Assembly (NCBI GenBank): GCA_963721925.1
Contig: CAVRLH010000002.1
Location: forward strand, 14,336-38,335
Length of the DNA stretch: 24,000 nt
Direction of reading: 5' to 3'
Origin: an uncultured Actinomycetota bacterium
GTDB taxonomy: Bacteria; Actinomycetota; Actinomycetes; Propionibacteriales; Nocardioidaceae
Below the pieces are notes generated by a model. That model saw nothing but the letters and a program-made list of their open reading frames with translations. It did not search any database and was not told the origin of the DNA. The translations under genes and the position numbers were made by a program. Of the stretch, positions 1 to 7,354 are shown one piece after another. Position 1 is the stretch's first letter; the number at the start of each line of letters is the position of its first letter.

Positions 1-1004
1 GGGAGGACGACACGACGGCTGCGATCCCGGACTCGCGTTGGGAGCTGCTGTTCGACCGAGGGGACTTCGAGTTCATGACGGAGTCGTCGCGCGTGCTGAC
101 GGCGTACGACCGCTACTTCGCGACCGGCCCGTCGCAGACGTCGTCGAGCAGCCCGACCCACCAGTACCCGTGGTACATCGCCCTGGCGATCCTGTTCGTG
201 GAGCGCGGCGAGCAACCGGTGTTCTCCGAGGCCGCGCTGGCGTCCATCGCGTCCACCTGGCACGAGCCGCGACTCTATGGTGCCGCCCTCGCAGCACTCG
301 CCGGAGACCGGCGGGCTCACAGCAGGATCCTCGGACAGGTCCGGACCGAGCTCCCGTCGAGGCTCGACCTGAGCCGTCCCGACGACATCGTCGTCTGCCA
401 GGCGGCCGCGTCCCGCGGTGATCTCGACGACCTGCCGACGACGTACCAGACCTACTCCTACGACCACTTCCGGCTCTCACACGTCGCGGCCCTTGCCGAG
501 GCGGCCGGCGACCGCGGGGTCGTCGATCGCATCAGTCGTGCCACGGACGAGTTCGCGACCAGGAGGCCGGACACGCTGGAGATCAACCAGCTGCGGTCGA
601 CGCTCGCGCGCGCCGACCTCAGCCTCGGCCGGGCTGAGGATCTGCGGGCGGCTCCGACCACCCTGTCCTTCCTGTACGGCGCGATCAGGACGATCGTCAC
701 GCTGCTCGACCGGACCTCGCTCCTCGAGCTGGTCAGCGATCTCGAGCGGCGGTCCGTGTTCTGGCCGCAGGACGTGACCGCGTCCGCGCTCGACTCGACC
801 CTGCGCTCGACGATCACCCCCGCCGACTGCACCGCGCTGATCGAGACGGCCGACCGCTGCGGGTTGATCGTGGACCTGATCGACGCGGTCTCGGCGAGGA
901 CGACGACGCGGCTCTCGCTCCAGCTGGTCTCGGGGATCAGGCAGATCGAGGGGCTCCTGTTCCCCTTCGCCAGACCGCGTGCAGAGCTTCCGAGCATCCA
1001 CTGA
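1..1004 (+). CDS. Hypothetical helical (Leu/Ala/Arg-rich) protein, first visible gene of the protease-tyrosinase cluster; probably 5'-truncated by the window edge
   Basis: ORF track gives 75..1004 (309 aa). The same frame is stop-free from nt 3 to 74 (EDDTTAAIPDSRWELLFDRGDFEF, then M at 75) with GC-rich third positions, so the real start may lie upstream of the window. The stop at 1002-1004 is 24 nt before the ATG of the next gene. I recognise no catalytic or binding motif. Confidence 0.6.
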   Translation, partial: EDDTTAAIPDSRWELLFDRGDFEFMTESSRVLTAYDRYFATGPSQTSSSSPTHQYPWYIALAILFVERGEQPVFSEAALASIASTWHEPRLYGAALAALAGDRRAHSRILGQVRTELPSRLDLSRPDDIVVCQAAASRGDLDDLPTTYQTYSYDHFRLSHVAALAEAAGDRGVVDRISRATDEFATRRPDTLEINQLRSTLARADLSLGRAEDLRAAPTTLSFLYGAIRTIVTLLDRTSLLELVSDLERRSVFWPQDVTASALDSTLRSTITPADCTALIETADRCGLIVDLIDAVSARTTTRLSLQLVSGIRQIEGLLFPFARPRAELPSIH

Positions 1005-1028
1005 ACGGCATCAGACAGGAGGAGACCG

Positions 1029-2864
1029 ATGGACGCCTTGACCCGGCTCCGGGCCGCGAACGCCGCGATCCGAGATCGCGACCGGCCGTTGGCCGACGAG
1101 CTGACCGAGCTCACGGACGGACCCACGCCCGAGGGGCCGGGCGGCGAGATCCAGCTCGAGACGATCGTCCTGCGCACAGGTCGTCCCGTCCTGGCGATCA
1201 AGCAGGACGAGGCCCAGCTCGTCTTCGACGACGCCGACAGCGCCGTGTGGAACTCCCGGCTCCAGGAGGCACGGTCGTACCTCGTGCGTGCCACCAGAGC
1301 GGTCGGGAGGATCGAGGCCGAGGGCCACAGCCTGGCGTGGCTCGGCACTGGGTGGCTCGTGGCTCCCGACACGATCGTGACCAACCGGCACGTGGCTGCC
1401 GAGTTCGGCCGCCGCAGCGGCACCACCTTCGTCTTTCGGCAGTCCCCGGGTGGCGACCTCATGCGTGCCTCGATCGACCTCCTCGAAGAGGTGGACCGCG
1501 AGGACAGCCTGACCTTGGAGCTGGGGCAGATCCTCCACATCGAGGACGCGGACGGTCCGGACATCGCCTTCTTGCGCGTGGAGCAGATCGACGGTTCGTC
1601 ATCGGTGTCGCCGATCGCTCTCGCAGAGGCGCCGCAGCCGGACGACTTCGTGGCCGTGATCGGCTACCCCGCTCGCGACAGCCGGATTCCCGACGTCGAC
1701 CTGATGGATCGGATCTTCGGGAACGTCTACGACAAGAAGCGACTCGCTCCCGGTCAGGTGATCGAGCCGCGTAGCGGCACGCTCACCCACGACTGCTCCA
1801 CCCTCGGTGGGAACTCGGGATCGGTGGTGCTCTCCCTTGCCACCGGTGACGCAGTGGGGCTCCACTTCGCGGGGAGGTTCCTCGAGGCCAACTACGCTGT
1901 CTCGAGCCAGGTGGTCGCGCAGCGTCTGGACGCTGTGCAGAGCAGAAGGGCTTCCCGGCAGCAAGCTCTCGGCGTGCCGGACCCCTTCCGGGCGGGGAGC
2001 GGTGACGGCGAGGTCTTCGTCGAGGCGGTCGCGGAGGACTACCTGGACCGCGAGGGGTACGACGCGTCGTTCCTCGGCGAGGGCCCCGAGGCACCGCTGC
2101 CCGAGGTCACGCAGGGAGTCGACGATGTGATGACCTTCGAGCTCGACGGTCGCGACGAGCAGGTGTTGAAGTACGAGCACTTCTCGGTGCTCATGAGCGC
2201 CAGCCGACGGCTGTGCCGCTACAGCGCCGTCAACATCGACGGCAACCTGTCCAAGAGCTTTGCACGCGTGGGCTGGCGGAGCGATCCCCGGATCCCGCCG
2301 AGCGCCCAGATCCGGGACGAGCCCTACGGCAATCCGCCGCAGTTCTCGCGAGGACACATGACCCGTCGGGAGGACCCGATCTGGGGCTCCGACGAGGCGG
2401 CCGCTCACGGCAACGCCGACTCGATGCACGTCACCAACGCCGTACCGCAGATGCAACCCTTCAATGCCGGCATCTGGCTCGACCTCGAGGACTACGCGCT
2501 CCAGAACGCACGGCGGGACGACATGAGGATCTCGGTGTTCACCGGGCCCTTCCTCGATGACGACGATCCGACGATGTTCGGGGTGAAGATCCCCGTCGAG
2601 TTCTGGAAGGTCATCGCGTTCGTCCACGACGAGACCGGCGCGTTGTGCGCGACCGGCTACACGATGTCGCAGCGAGACTTCCTCAGCGAGGAGGAGTTCG
2701 TCTTCGGAGCACACCGGACCGCGCAGGTGACGATCGACTCGATCGAGGGGCGTGCGGGGCTCTCCTTCGGACCGCTCACCGAGCTCGATCCGTTCGTGCA
2801 GCTGGAGGGGTCCGCCCCGCAGCTGACCGACGTGACGCAGGTCCAGTTCCTTCGCAGGCGCTGA
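1029..2864 (+). CDS. Fusion protein: N-terminal trypsin-fold (Trypsin_2-like) serine protease plus C-terminal DNA/RNA non-specific endonuclease (NUC/Endonuclease_NS, beta-beta-alpha-Me fold)
   Basis: 611-aa ORF with SD AGGAGGAG at 1017-1024, 4 nt before ATG 1029. Protease triad in canonical order: His121 in GTGWLVAPDTIVTNRHVA (codon 1389-1391), Asp178 in DIAFLRV (1560-1562), Ser263 in GGNSGSVV (1815-1817). The nuclease half carries the Serratia-nuclease signature FSRGHMTRREDP (His443, codon 2355-2357) followed by NAVPQMQPFNAGIWLDLE (metal-binding Asn and Glu). No N-terminal signal peptide (MDALTRLRAANAAIRDRDRP). Confidence 0.9.
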   Translation: MDALTRLRAANAAIRDRDRPLADELTELTDGPTPEGPGGEIQLETIVLRTGRPVLAIKQDEAQLVFDDADSAVWNSRLQEARSYLVRATRAVGRIEAEGHSLAWLGTGWLVAPDTIVTNRHVAAEFGRRSGTTFVFRQSPGGDLMRASIDLLEEVDREDSLTLELGQILHIEDADGPDIAFLRVEQIDGSSSVSPIALAEAPQPDDFVAVIGYPARDSRIPDVDLMDRIFGNVYDKKRLAPGQVIEPRSGTLTHDCSTLGGNSGSVVLSLATGDAVGLHFAGRFLEANYAVSSQVVAQRLDAVQSRRASRQQALGVPDPFRAGSGDGEVFVEAVAEDYLDREGYDASFLGEGPEAPLPEVTQGVDDVMTFELDGRDEQVLKYEHFSVLMSASRRLCRYSAVNIDGNLSKSFARVGWRSDPRIPPSAQIRDEPYGNPPQFSRGHMTRREDPIWGSDEAAAHGNADSMHVTNAVPQMQPFNAGIWLDLEDYALQNARRDDMRISVFTGPFLDDDDPTMFGVKIPVEFWKVIAFVHDETGALCATGYTMSQRDFLSEEEFVFGAHRTAQVTIDSIEGRAGLSFGPLTELDPFVQLEGSAPQLTDVTQVQFLRRR

Positions 2865-2978
2865 CCCGGCTGGCGGCCTAGACCATCGGAACCCGGGCCT
2901 TCCGGAGTGCTCGTCGACCGCCGTAGCGTGAGGCAGAGCCTGACGGGTGAGCGGCTCCGGTCCACGCAGGAGGCGACG

Positions 2979-4436
2979 ATGCTGTTGCAGCGGAAGGACA
3001 TCTGGCGGGCCGAGGAGGTCGGCGGGCCGTGGAACCAGGTGGTGCTGGCATATGCCCTGGCGTTCGGTGTGCTCGCGGGTCCACCCGATCCGCTCAAGCC
3101 CGAGTCGTGGACGCTGGAGTACCAGGCTGCGGTCCACGACATGCACCCGCTGCCCCCACCGGACGGCTTCCGTGCCACCTGCCAGCACGACACGTGGTAC
3201 TTCCTGCCATGGCACCGGATGTACCTGCTCCACTTCGAGGCGGTCGTCCGGGGCATCATCGCCGAGCTCGACGACGACCGGATCACGGACGAGACCCGCG
3301 AGACCTGGGCCTTGCCGTACTGGAACTACCAGCCCCCCGAGCATCGGATCCTGCCGAGTGCCTTCCGGCAGGCAGACCTGCCCGACGGCCAGGCCAACCC
3401 ACTGGCGGCGGCAGCGCGCTTCCCCGCGGTGCAGGCGGGGCTCCAACCCCTCAGCGATGACGAGGTCGAGTTCGCCGGATGGTGGGGGGAGACGGTGTTC
3501 ACGCTGCCCGGCACGCCGTCGTTCGGCGGGAGCGACACGCGTGGCAAGCGACACCGGCCCGTGCGGTTCGCCGACGCAGGTGCGCTGGAGATCACCCCGC
3601 ACGGGTCGGTCCACATGTACGTCGGCTGGGACATGCAGGCCTTCCACACTGCCGGCCTGGACCCCGTCTTCTGGCTGCACCACTGCAACCTGGACCGGCT
3701 GTGGGAGGTGTGGTGCGTCGGCGGCGGCGTACGACGACCCAATCCCGGCGCAGGCGGATGGGCGTCCGAGACGTTCGACTTTCGCGACGCGCACGGGGCC
3801 ACCTGGACGCGAACGTCGCGAGAGGTTGAAGACACGACCGCGCTGGGCTACACCTATGAGGACACGTCGGCGCCGGTCGCGCCGGCGTCCCCGACGAGGA
3901 GCCGCACCGTGGAGGTCGAGGGACCGGACGCAGAGACCTGGCGGCGGGAGCTCCCGCCTCGTGCCCTCGGGTCGACGGGCGAGCCGCTCGTCGTCCGGTC
4001 GGAGGCGGCGACGGTGGAGTTCGACCTGACGCCCGACGAGGAGGTGCGCACCCGCTCCGGTCGCCCGGGACCGGCCCGGGTCATCCTGAGGGTCGACAAC
4101 ATCGCGATCTCCGCCGACGACCTCGAACGAGTCCGGGACCGCCAGGCGGTCATCGGGACGTACGCCGTGTACCTGCTGGGCAGCCGGGACGGTGTCGAGG
4201 CCTACGTGGGCAACCTCCCACTGTTCGGCCTGCGAGAGTCGCTCGCGGAGGACGGCCACCACGAGCTGGCGTACTCCTTCGACGCCACCTCGGCGGTCAA
4301 CCTGCTGCGCAACCAGGACGCGTGGACGTGGGACCGCGCGAGCATCACGATCAAGCCGAGCAACCACGAGGCCTATGCGGGTGCCGGCGAGGTCGTGCCG
4401 GTCACGTTCGGCAACGTCGCCCTCTCCTACCAGTAG
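2979..4436 (+). CDS. Tyrosinase / polyphenol-oxidase family type-3 copper protein with ~190-aa C-terminal extension
   Basis: ORF track gives 2907..4436. Preferred start is ATG 2979, preceded by AGGAGG at 2968-2973. CuA site: AVHDMH...CQHDTWYFLPWHRMYLLHFE. PPO-type LPYWNY motif is present. CuB site: PHGSVHMYVGW...DPVFWLHHCNLDRLWEVW. After the copper domain (about nt 3850 onward) there is a further domain ending ...VILRVDNIAISADD...TYAVYLLG...ITIKPSNHEAY...VALSYQ, resembling the C-terminal domains of latent PPO/tyrosinases. No Sec or twin-arginine signal is visible. Confidence 0.9.
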   Translation: MLLQRKDIWRAEEVGGPWNQVVLAYALAFGVLAGPPDPLKPESWTLEYQAAVHDMHPLPPPDGFRATCQHDTWYFLPWHRMYLLHFEAVVRGIIAELDDDRITDETRETWALPYWNYQPPEHRILPSAFRQADLPDGQANPLAAAARFPAVQAGLQPLSDDEVEFAGWWGETVFTLPGTPSFGGSDTRGKRHRPVRFADAGALEITPHGSVHMYVGWDMQAFHTAGLDPVFWLHHCNLDRLWEVWCVGGGVRRPNPGAGGWASETFDFRDAHGATWTRTSREVEDTTALGYTYEDTSAPVAPASPTRSRTVEVEGPDAETWRRELPPRALGSTGEPLVVRSEAATVEFDLTPDEEVRTRSGRPGPARVILRVDNIAISADDLERVRDRQAVIGTYAVYLLGSRDGVEAYVGNLPLFGLRESLAEDGHHELAYSFDATSAVNLLRNQDAWTWDRASITIKPSNHEAYAGAGEVVPVTFGNVALSYQ

Positions 4437-4444
4437 CAGCCGCG

Positions 4445-5212
4445 ATGGCCGTGTCGTCAGCACTACCCGTCGGATCACCCCGCTGGGCGTGGCGCGCACG
4501 GGTGGAACGGCGACCGGAGCTGCCGGTCCTCGGCATCTCCGCGGCCGCCTGGGTGGTGCTGCTGCTCGTGCTGCGGGGCACGCCGACGTCGTCGTCGGGT
4601 CACGACCATGGCACGTCGCACCTCACCACCACCGGCCAGCCGGGGGACGAATGGCTGTCGGGGGCCGGCCGTGGCGCCCTGCTCTGGGTGGTGATGACGG
4701 TGGCCATGATGCTCCCGCTCGCCGTCCCCGGCCTGCGGTACGTCGCGCGGATGGTGCCACGCCGCGGTCGGCTGGCCGCCACGAGCACCTTCGCTTCCGC
4801 GTACGTCGTCGCCTGGCTGCCCGCGGCGGTGCTCGCCGGCGGCGTCCACCCGGGCACGCCGCCCGACTGGCCCGTCGTGGCAGCAGTCTTCCTGCTCGCG
4901 GCCGGCTGGGAGCTGACCCCCATCAAGCGAGCAGCCCTGCTGCGGGGCCACCGGCATCACGTCGTCCGCGCGCAGCAGCCCGCACGGAGACGCACCTGCT
5001 GGTCGTTCGGGCTCCGACGTGGTGGCTGGTGTCTCGTGTCCTGCGGGCCGGCGATGCTGGCACTGATGATCGGTCACCACGCACTCGTGCCTCTCCTCGT
5101 CCTCGCGGTCGGCGCGGTGGTGCAACAGCTCAGCCCCGACGCGCACTGGCGCCGCACCTGGTCGGCGGCCGGGCTCGTCCTGCTCGCCGTAGGTGCCCCA
5201 TGGCTGATCTGA
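4445..5212 (+). CDS. Multi-pass membrane protein, DUF2182-like (predicted metal-binding integral membrane protein)
   Basis: ORF track gives 4322..5212, which overlaps the tyrosinase. ATG 4445, 8 nt after the tyrosinase stop, is the more plausible start. There are 6-7 hydrophobic segments, a His-rich loop (SSGHDHGTSH), a WVVMTVAMMLP motif typical of DUF2182 as I remember it, and GHRHH plus CWSFG...WCLVSCGPAM Cys/His clusters. Family assignment is from memory, not a search. Confidence 0.7.
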   Translation: MAVSSALPVGSPRWAWRARVERRPELPVLGISAAAWVVLLLVLRGTPTSSSGHDHGTSHLTTTGQPGDEWLSGAGRGALLWVVMTVAMMLPLAVPGLRYVARMVPRRGRLAATSTFASAYVVAWLPAAVLAGGVHPGTPPDWPVVAAVFLLAAGWELTPIKRAALLRGHRHHVVRAQQPARRRTCWSFGLRRGGWCLVSCGPAMLALMIGHHALVPLLVLAVGAVVQQLSPDAHWRRTWSAAGLVLLAVGAPWLI

Positions 5213-5225
5213 CGAGGGAGGACGC

Positions 5226-7274
5226 ATGACACCGGACCAGGGCACGTTGTTCGTCAGCGACGCGTTCGTGAGCGTCGACAGCGGCGACGCCCTGGTCGAC
5301 GTGCGCCCGGTCCTCGACAGCCTCGAGCCGACGTACCTCGTCGTCACCGACCGCTCCTCCACCGACGGCGTCTTCGTCTTCGACGTCGAGGCAGTCCGCA
5401 GCCTCCTCGACGAGCTGGCGGACGAGGTCGCCGTCATCGGTTGGACCGGTGCCGATCTCGTCCGTGAGCTGCGCGTCGAGCCGTCGCTGGTCGTCAACCT
5501 GCTGACCGGCCAGACGGTGGACGCGACCGTCCCGGGCAACGAGCTGGAGGACGCGCTCCGGCGGCGCCTGGTCGTGACCGTCGACGATGCCGTCCGCGGC
5601 GTCATCTTCGCAGTGCACCTCGGAGAAGTGCCGTCGCTGCCCATCGACGAGCTGCTCATCCACGCCGCCAGACCGCAGCTCGACCGGGTCGAGGTGCAGG
5701 CCGTCAGCCGGGGCAGCCAGTTCCCCGTCGAGGAGCGGTCCGGGTCGCCACCTCCGCCCTTGCCGGAGGCAGCCGCGGACGGAGACAACGACGAGGCTGT
5801 TGTGAACGGCCTCCAGGTGCTCGTGCCCGCCGAGGTGGCGTACGACGCCGTCGTGCCGCTGCTCGTGCTCCTGACGCGGCCCGGCGGCGACGAGCCGGAC
5901 ATCCGCTTCGCCGCCGAGGTCGGTGACGTCATCTCCGTGGTGGTGTGGCCCCAGGAGGGAGTGGAGGTCGTCGGCTCCGAGACCGCGACGATCGAGGTGT
6001 CGGGGGCCGGCGACGACGAGACGGCGAGGATCGAGCTCAAGATCACGAGCCCGACCAGGGCGTCCCTGATCGTCGAGGGCTTCCGGGACCAGACGTCACT
6101 CGGCAGCGTGCTCGTCGAGCTGCGGGTGGTCCTGGGCGGAGGTCAGCCCGCCGCGACACAGCGCGCCGCAGTCCTTCCGCTCGATCGTGGCCGGGCCCCG
6201 CGGTCCGACCTCGCCGTCCACGTCGTCGAGGGCAAGAGCCCCACCGGTGACGGACGGGGTCTGCGCTTCGTCGCGATCGAGCCTGGCCACAAGCCCGTGG
6301 CCTTCCCGTTCCAGTCCGTCAATGGAGACGCCCAGGCCTATCTGGCCCCGCTCTTCGAGAGCATCAACGCCGCGCTGGACGCACCGGCTGCGGGTCTGCC
6401 GGGACCGACCGCGGCGGCCGACGAGGTCGTCCGGGGCATCGGTCTGACCCTGAGCTCGCAGCTGCTACCAGCGGGGTTCAGGGAGTTCCTGTGGGACAAC
6501 CGCGACAAGATCCGCAGCATCGTCGTCCACAGCGACGAGTCGCTCATCCCGTGGGAGCTGTGCCTGCTGACCCACACCGGCGACGACGGGCGTACCGAGG
6601 AGGTCGGCTTCTTCTGCGAGCTCTTCGAGCTCACCCGGTGGCGGCCTCGCCTGCCGGCCCTGGAAGTGATCACCATGCGCTCGATCGGCGTCATCGCCCC
6701 GGGCGACAGCGGGCTCACGTCCCGGGAAGCCGAGGTGGCGATGCTGACCGGCCTGACGACGCCCGATCGCACCGTCACGACCGTGCCCGCCACCACCGAC
6801 CAGGTGATGATGGCGTTGAAGGACGGGTCCTACGACGTGCTGCACTTCCTCGGGCACGGGGAGCTGCCCGACCCCACTCGCGCGTCGTCGGCGCGGCTGG
6901 TCCTGGCGGGTGCCTCCTACCTGACAGCGGAGTGGATCGGCGGTGCCTCGGCGAACTTCGGCCTGACCAACCCCCTCGTGTTCCTGAACGCCTGTCGGCT
7001 GGGCTCTGCGTCGGCCGGCCTCGTCGGTCCCTCGGGCTTCGCGCGCGTGATGCTCGACGCCGGCTCGGCTGTCTTCATCGGCGCGCACTGGAATGTCGTG
7101 GACGACACGGCCCACCGGTTCGCGACCGCGCTCTACCAGAACCTTTTGAACGGCGAACCCGTCGGTCGCGCTGCCCTGGCGGCGCGCCTGGCCGTCAAGG
7201 AGGTGGGTGATCCGACCTGGCTCGCCTACACGATCTTCGCCAGTCCCAGCGCGCGCGTCGCGTCCACTGCCTGA
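5226..7274 (+). CDS. CHAT-domain (caspase-like cysteine protease) protein with uncharacterised N-terminal ~420 aa
   Basis: 682-aa ORF with GGGAGGA at 5216-5222 before ATG 5226, 13 nt after the preceding stop. The C-terminal CHAT signature is intact: YDVLHFLGHGE (His544, codon 6855-6857) and PLVFLNACRLG (Cys590, codon 6993-6995), then AVFIGAHWNVVDD. The N-terminal part is acidic and beta-rich with no motif I can name. Confidence 0.9.
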   Translation: MTPDQGTLFVSDAFVSVDSGDALVDVRPVLDSLEPTYLVVTDRSSTDGVFVFDVEAVRSLLDELADEVAVIGWTGADLVRELRVEPSLVVNLLTGQTVDATVPGNELEDALRRRLVVTVDDAVRGVIFAVHLGEVPSLPIDELLIHAARPQLDRVEVQAVSRGSQFPVEERSGSPPPPLPEAAADGDNDEAVVNGLQVLVPAEVAYDAVVPLLVLLTRPGGDEPDIRFAAEVGDVISVVVWPQEGVEVVGSETATIEVSGAGDDETARIELKITSPTRASLIVEGFRDQTSLGSVLVELRVVLGGGQPAATQRAAVLPLDRGRAPRSDLAVHVVEGKSPTGDGRGLRFVAIEPGHKPVAFPFQSVNGDAQAYLAPLFESINAALDAPAAGLPGPTAAADEVVRGIGLTLSSQLLPAGFREFLWDNRDKIRSIVVHSDESLIPWELCLLTHTGDDGRTEEVGFFCELFELTRWRPRLPALEVITMRSIGVIAPGDSGLTSREAEVAMLTGLTTPDRTVTTVPATTDQVMMALKDGSYDVLHFLGHGELPDPTRASSARLVLAGASYLTAEWIGGASANFGLTNPLVFLNACRLGSASAGLVGPSGFARVMLDAGSAVFIGAHWNVVDDTAHRFATALYQNLLNGEPVGRAALAARLAVKEVGDPTWLAYTIFASPSARVASTA

Positions 7275-7354
7275 CCAGCACGTAGCTGGAGCGCTGGGGT
7301 GTTGATTGGTGAGTTTCCAGATCCGTGCGGCGGACCCGCCCGCTGTCGGTGCAC

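Noticed and set aside
2907-2978. GTG 2907 as the tyrosinase start, and likewise 4322 as the membrane-protein start and 10942 as the nagA start
   Set aside because: Downstream ATGs (2979, 4445, 11077) have SD sequences or abut the preceding stop codon, and they avoid long overlaps with the upstream genes. The extensions are Arg-rich and unconserved-looking.
2865-2978. Hairpin CGGAA-cccgggcc-TTCCG (2887-2904) in the 114-bp gap before the tyrosinase gene, as a terminator or attenuator
   Set aside because: The stem is 5 bp with no U-tract. The gap may simply hold an internal promoter, and I cannot support a specific element.
1599-4499. 966-aa minus-strand ORF, the longest in the track
   Set aside because: It lies exactly antisense to the trypsin-NUC and tyrosinase genes, which carry unmistakable catalytic motifs. 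Its translation is Arg/Gly/Pro/Val-rich low-complexity with no motif. This is a typical stop-codon-poor shadow frame of a ~70% GC genome.
4475-6046. 523-aa minus-strand ORF opposite the DUF2182-like and CHAT genes (similar cases: 458..1564, 6465..7487, 9070..10482, 10253..11311, 11041..12210, 13594..14409, 18263..19504 on the minus strand; 16604..17620 on the plus strand)
   Set aside because: All are antisense or out-of-frame shadows of genes with clear family signatures. Their products are Ser/Thr/Arg/Pro-rich and motif-free, and accepting them would require complete gene overlap.
7275-7354. Possible bidirectional terminator between the convergent CHAT and GntR genes (CCAGC-acgta-GCTGG at 7275-7289)
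   Set aside because: The stem is only 5 bp with no flanking T/A run, which is too weak to call an intrinsic terminator.
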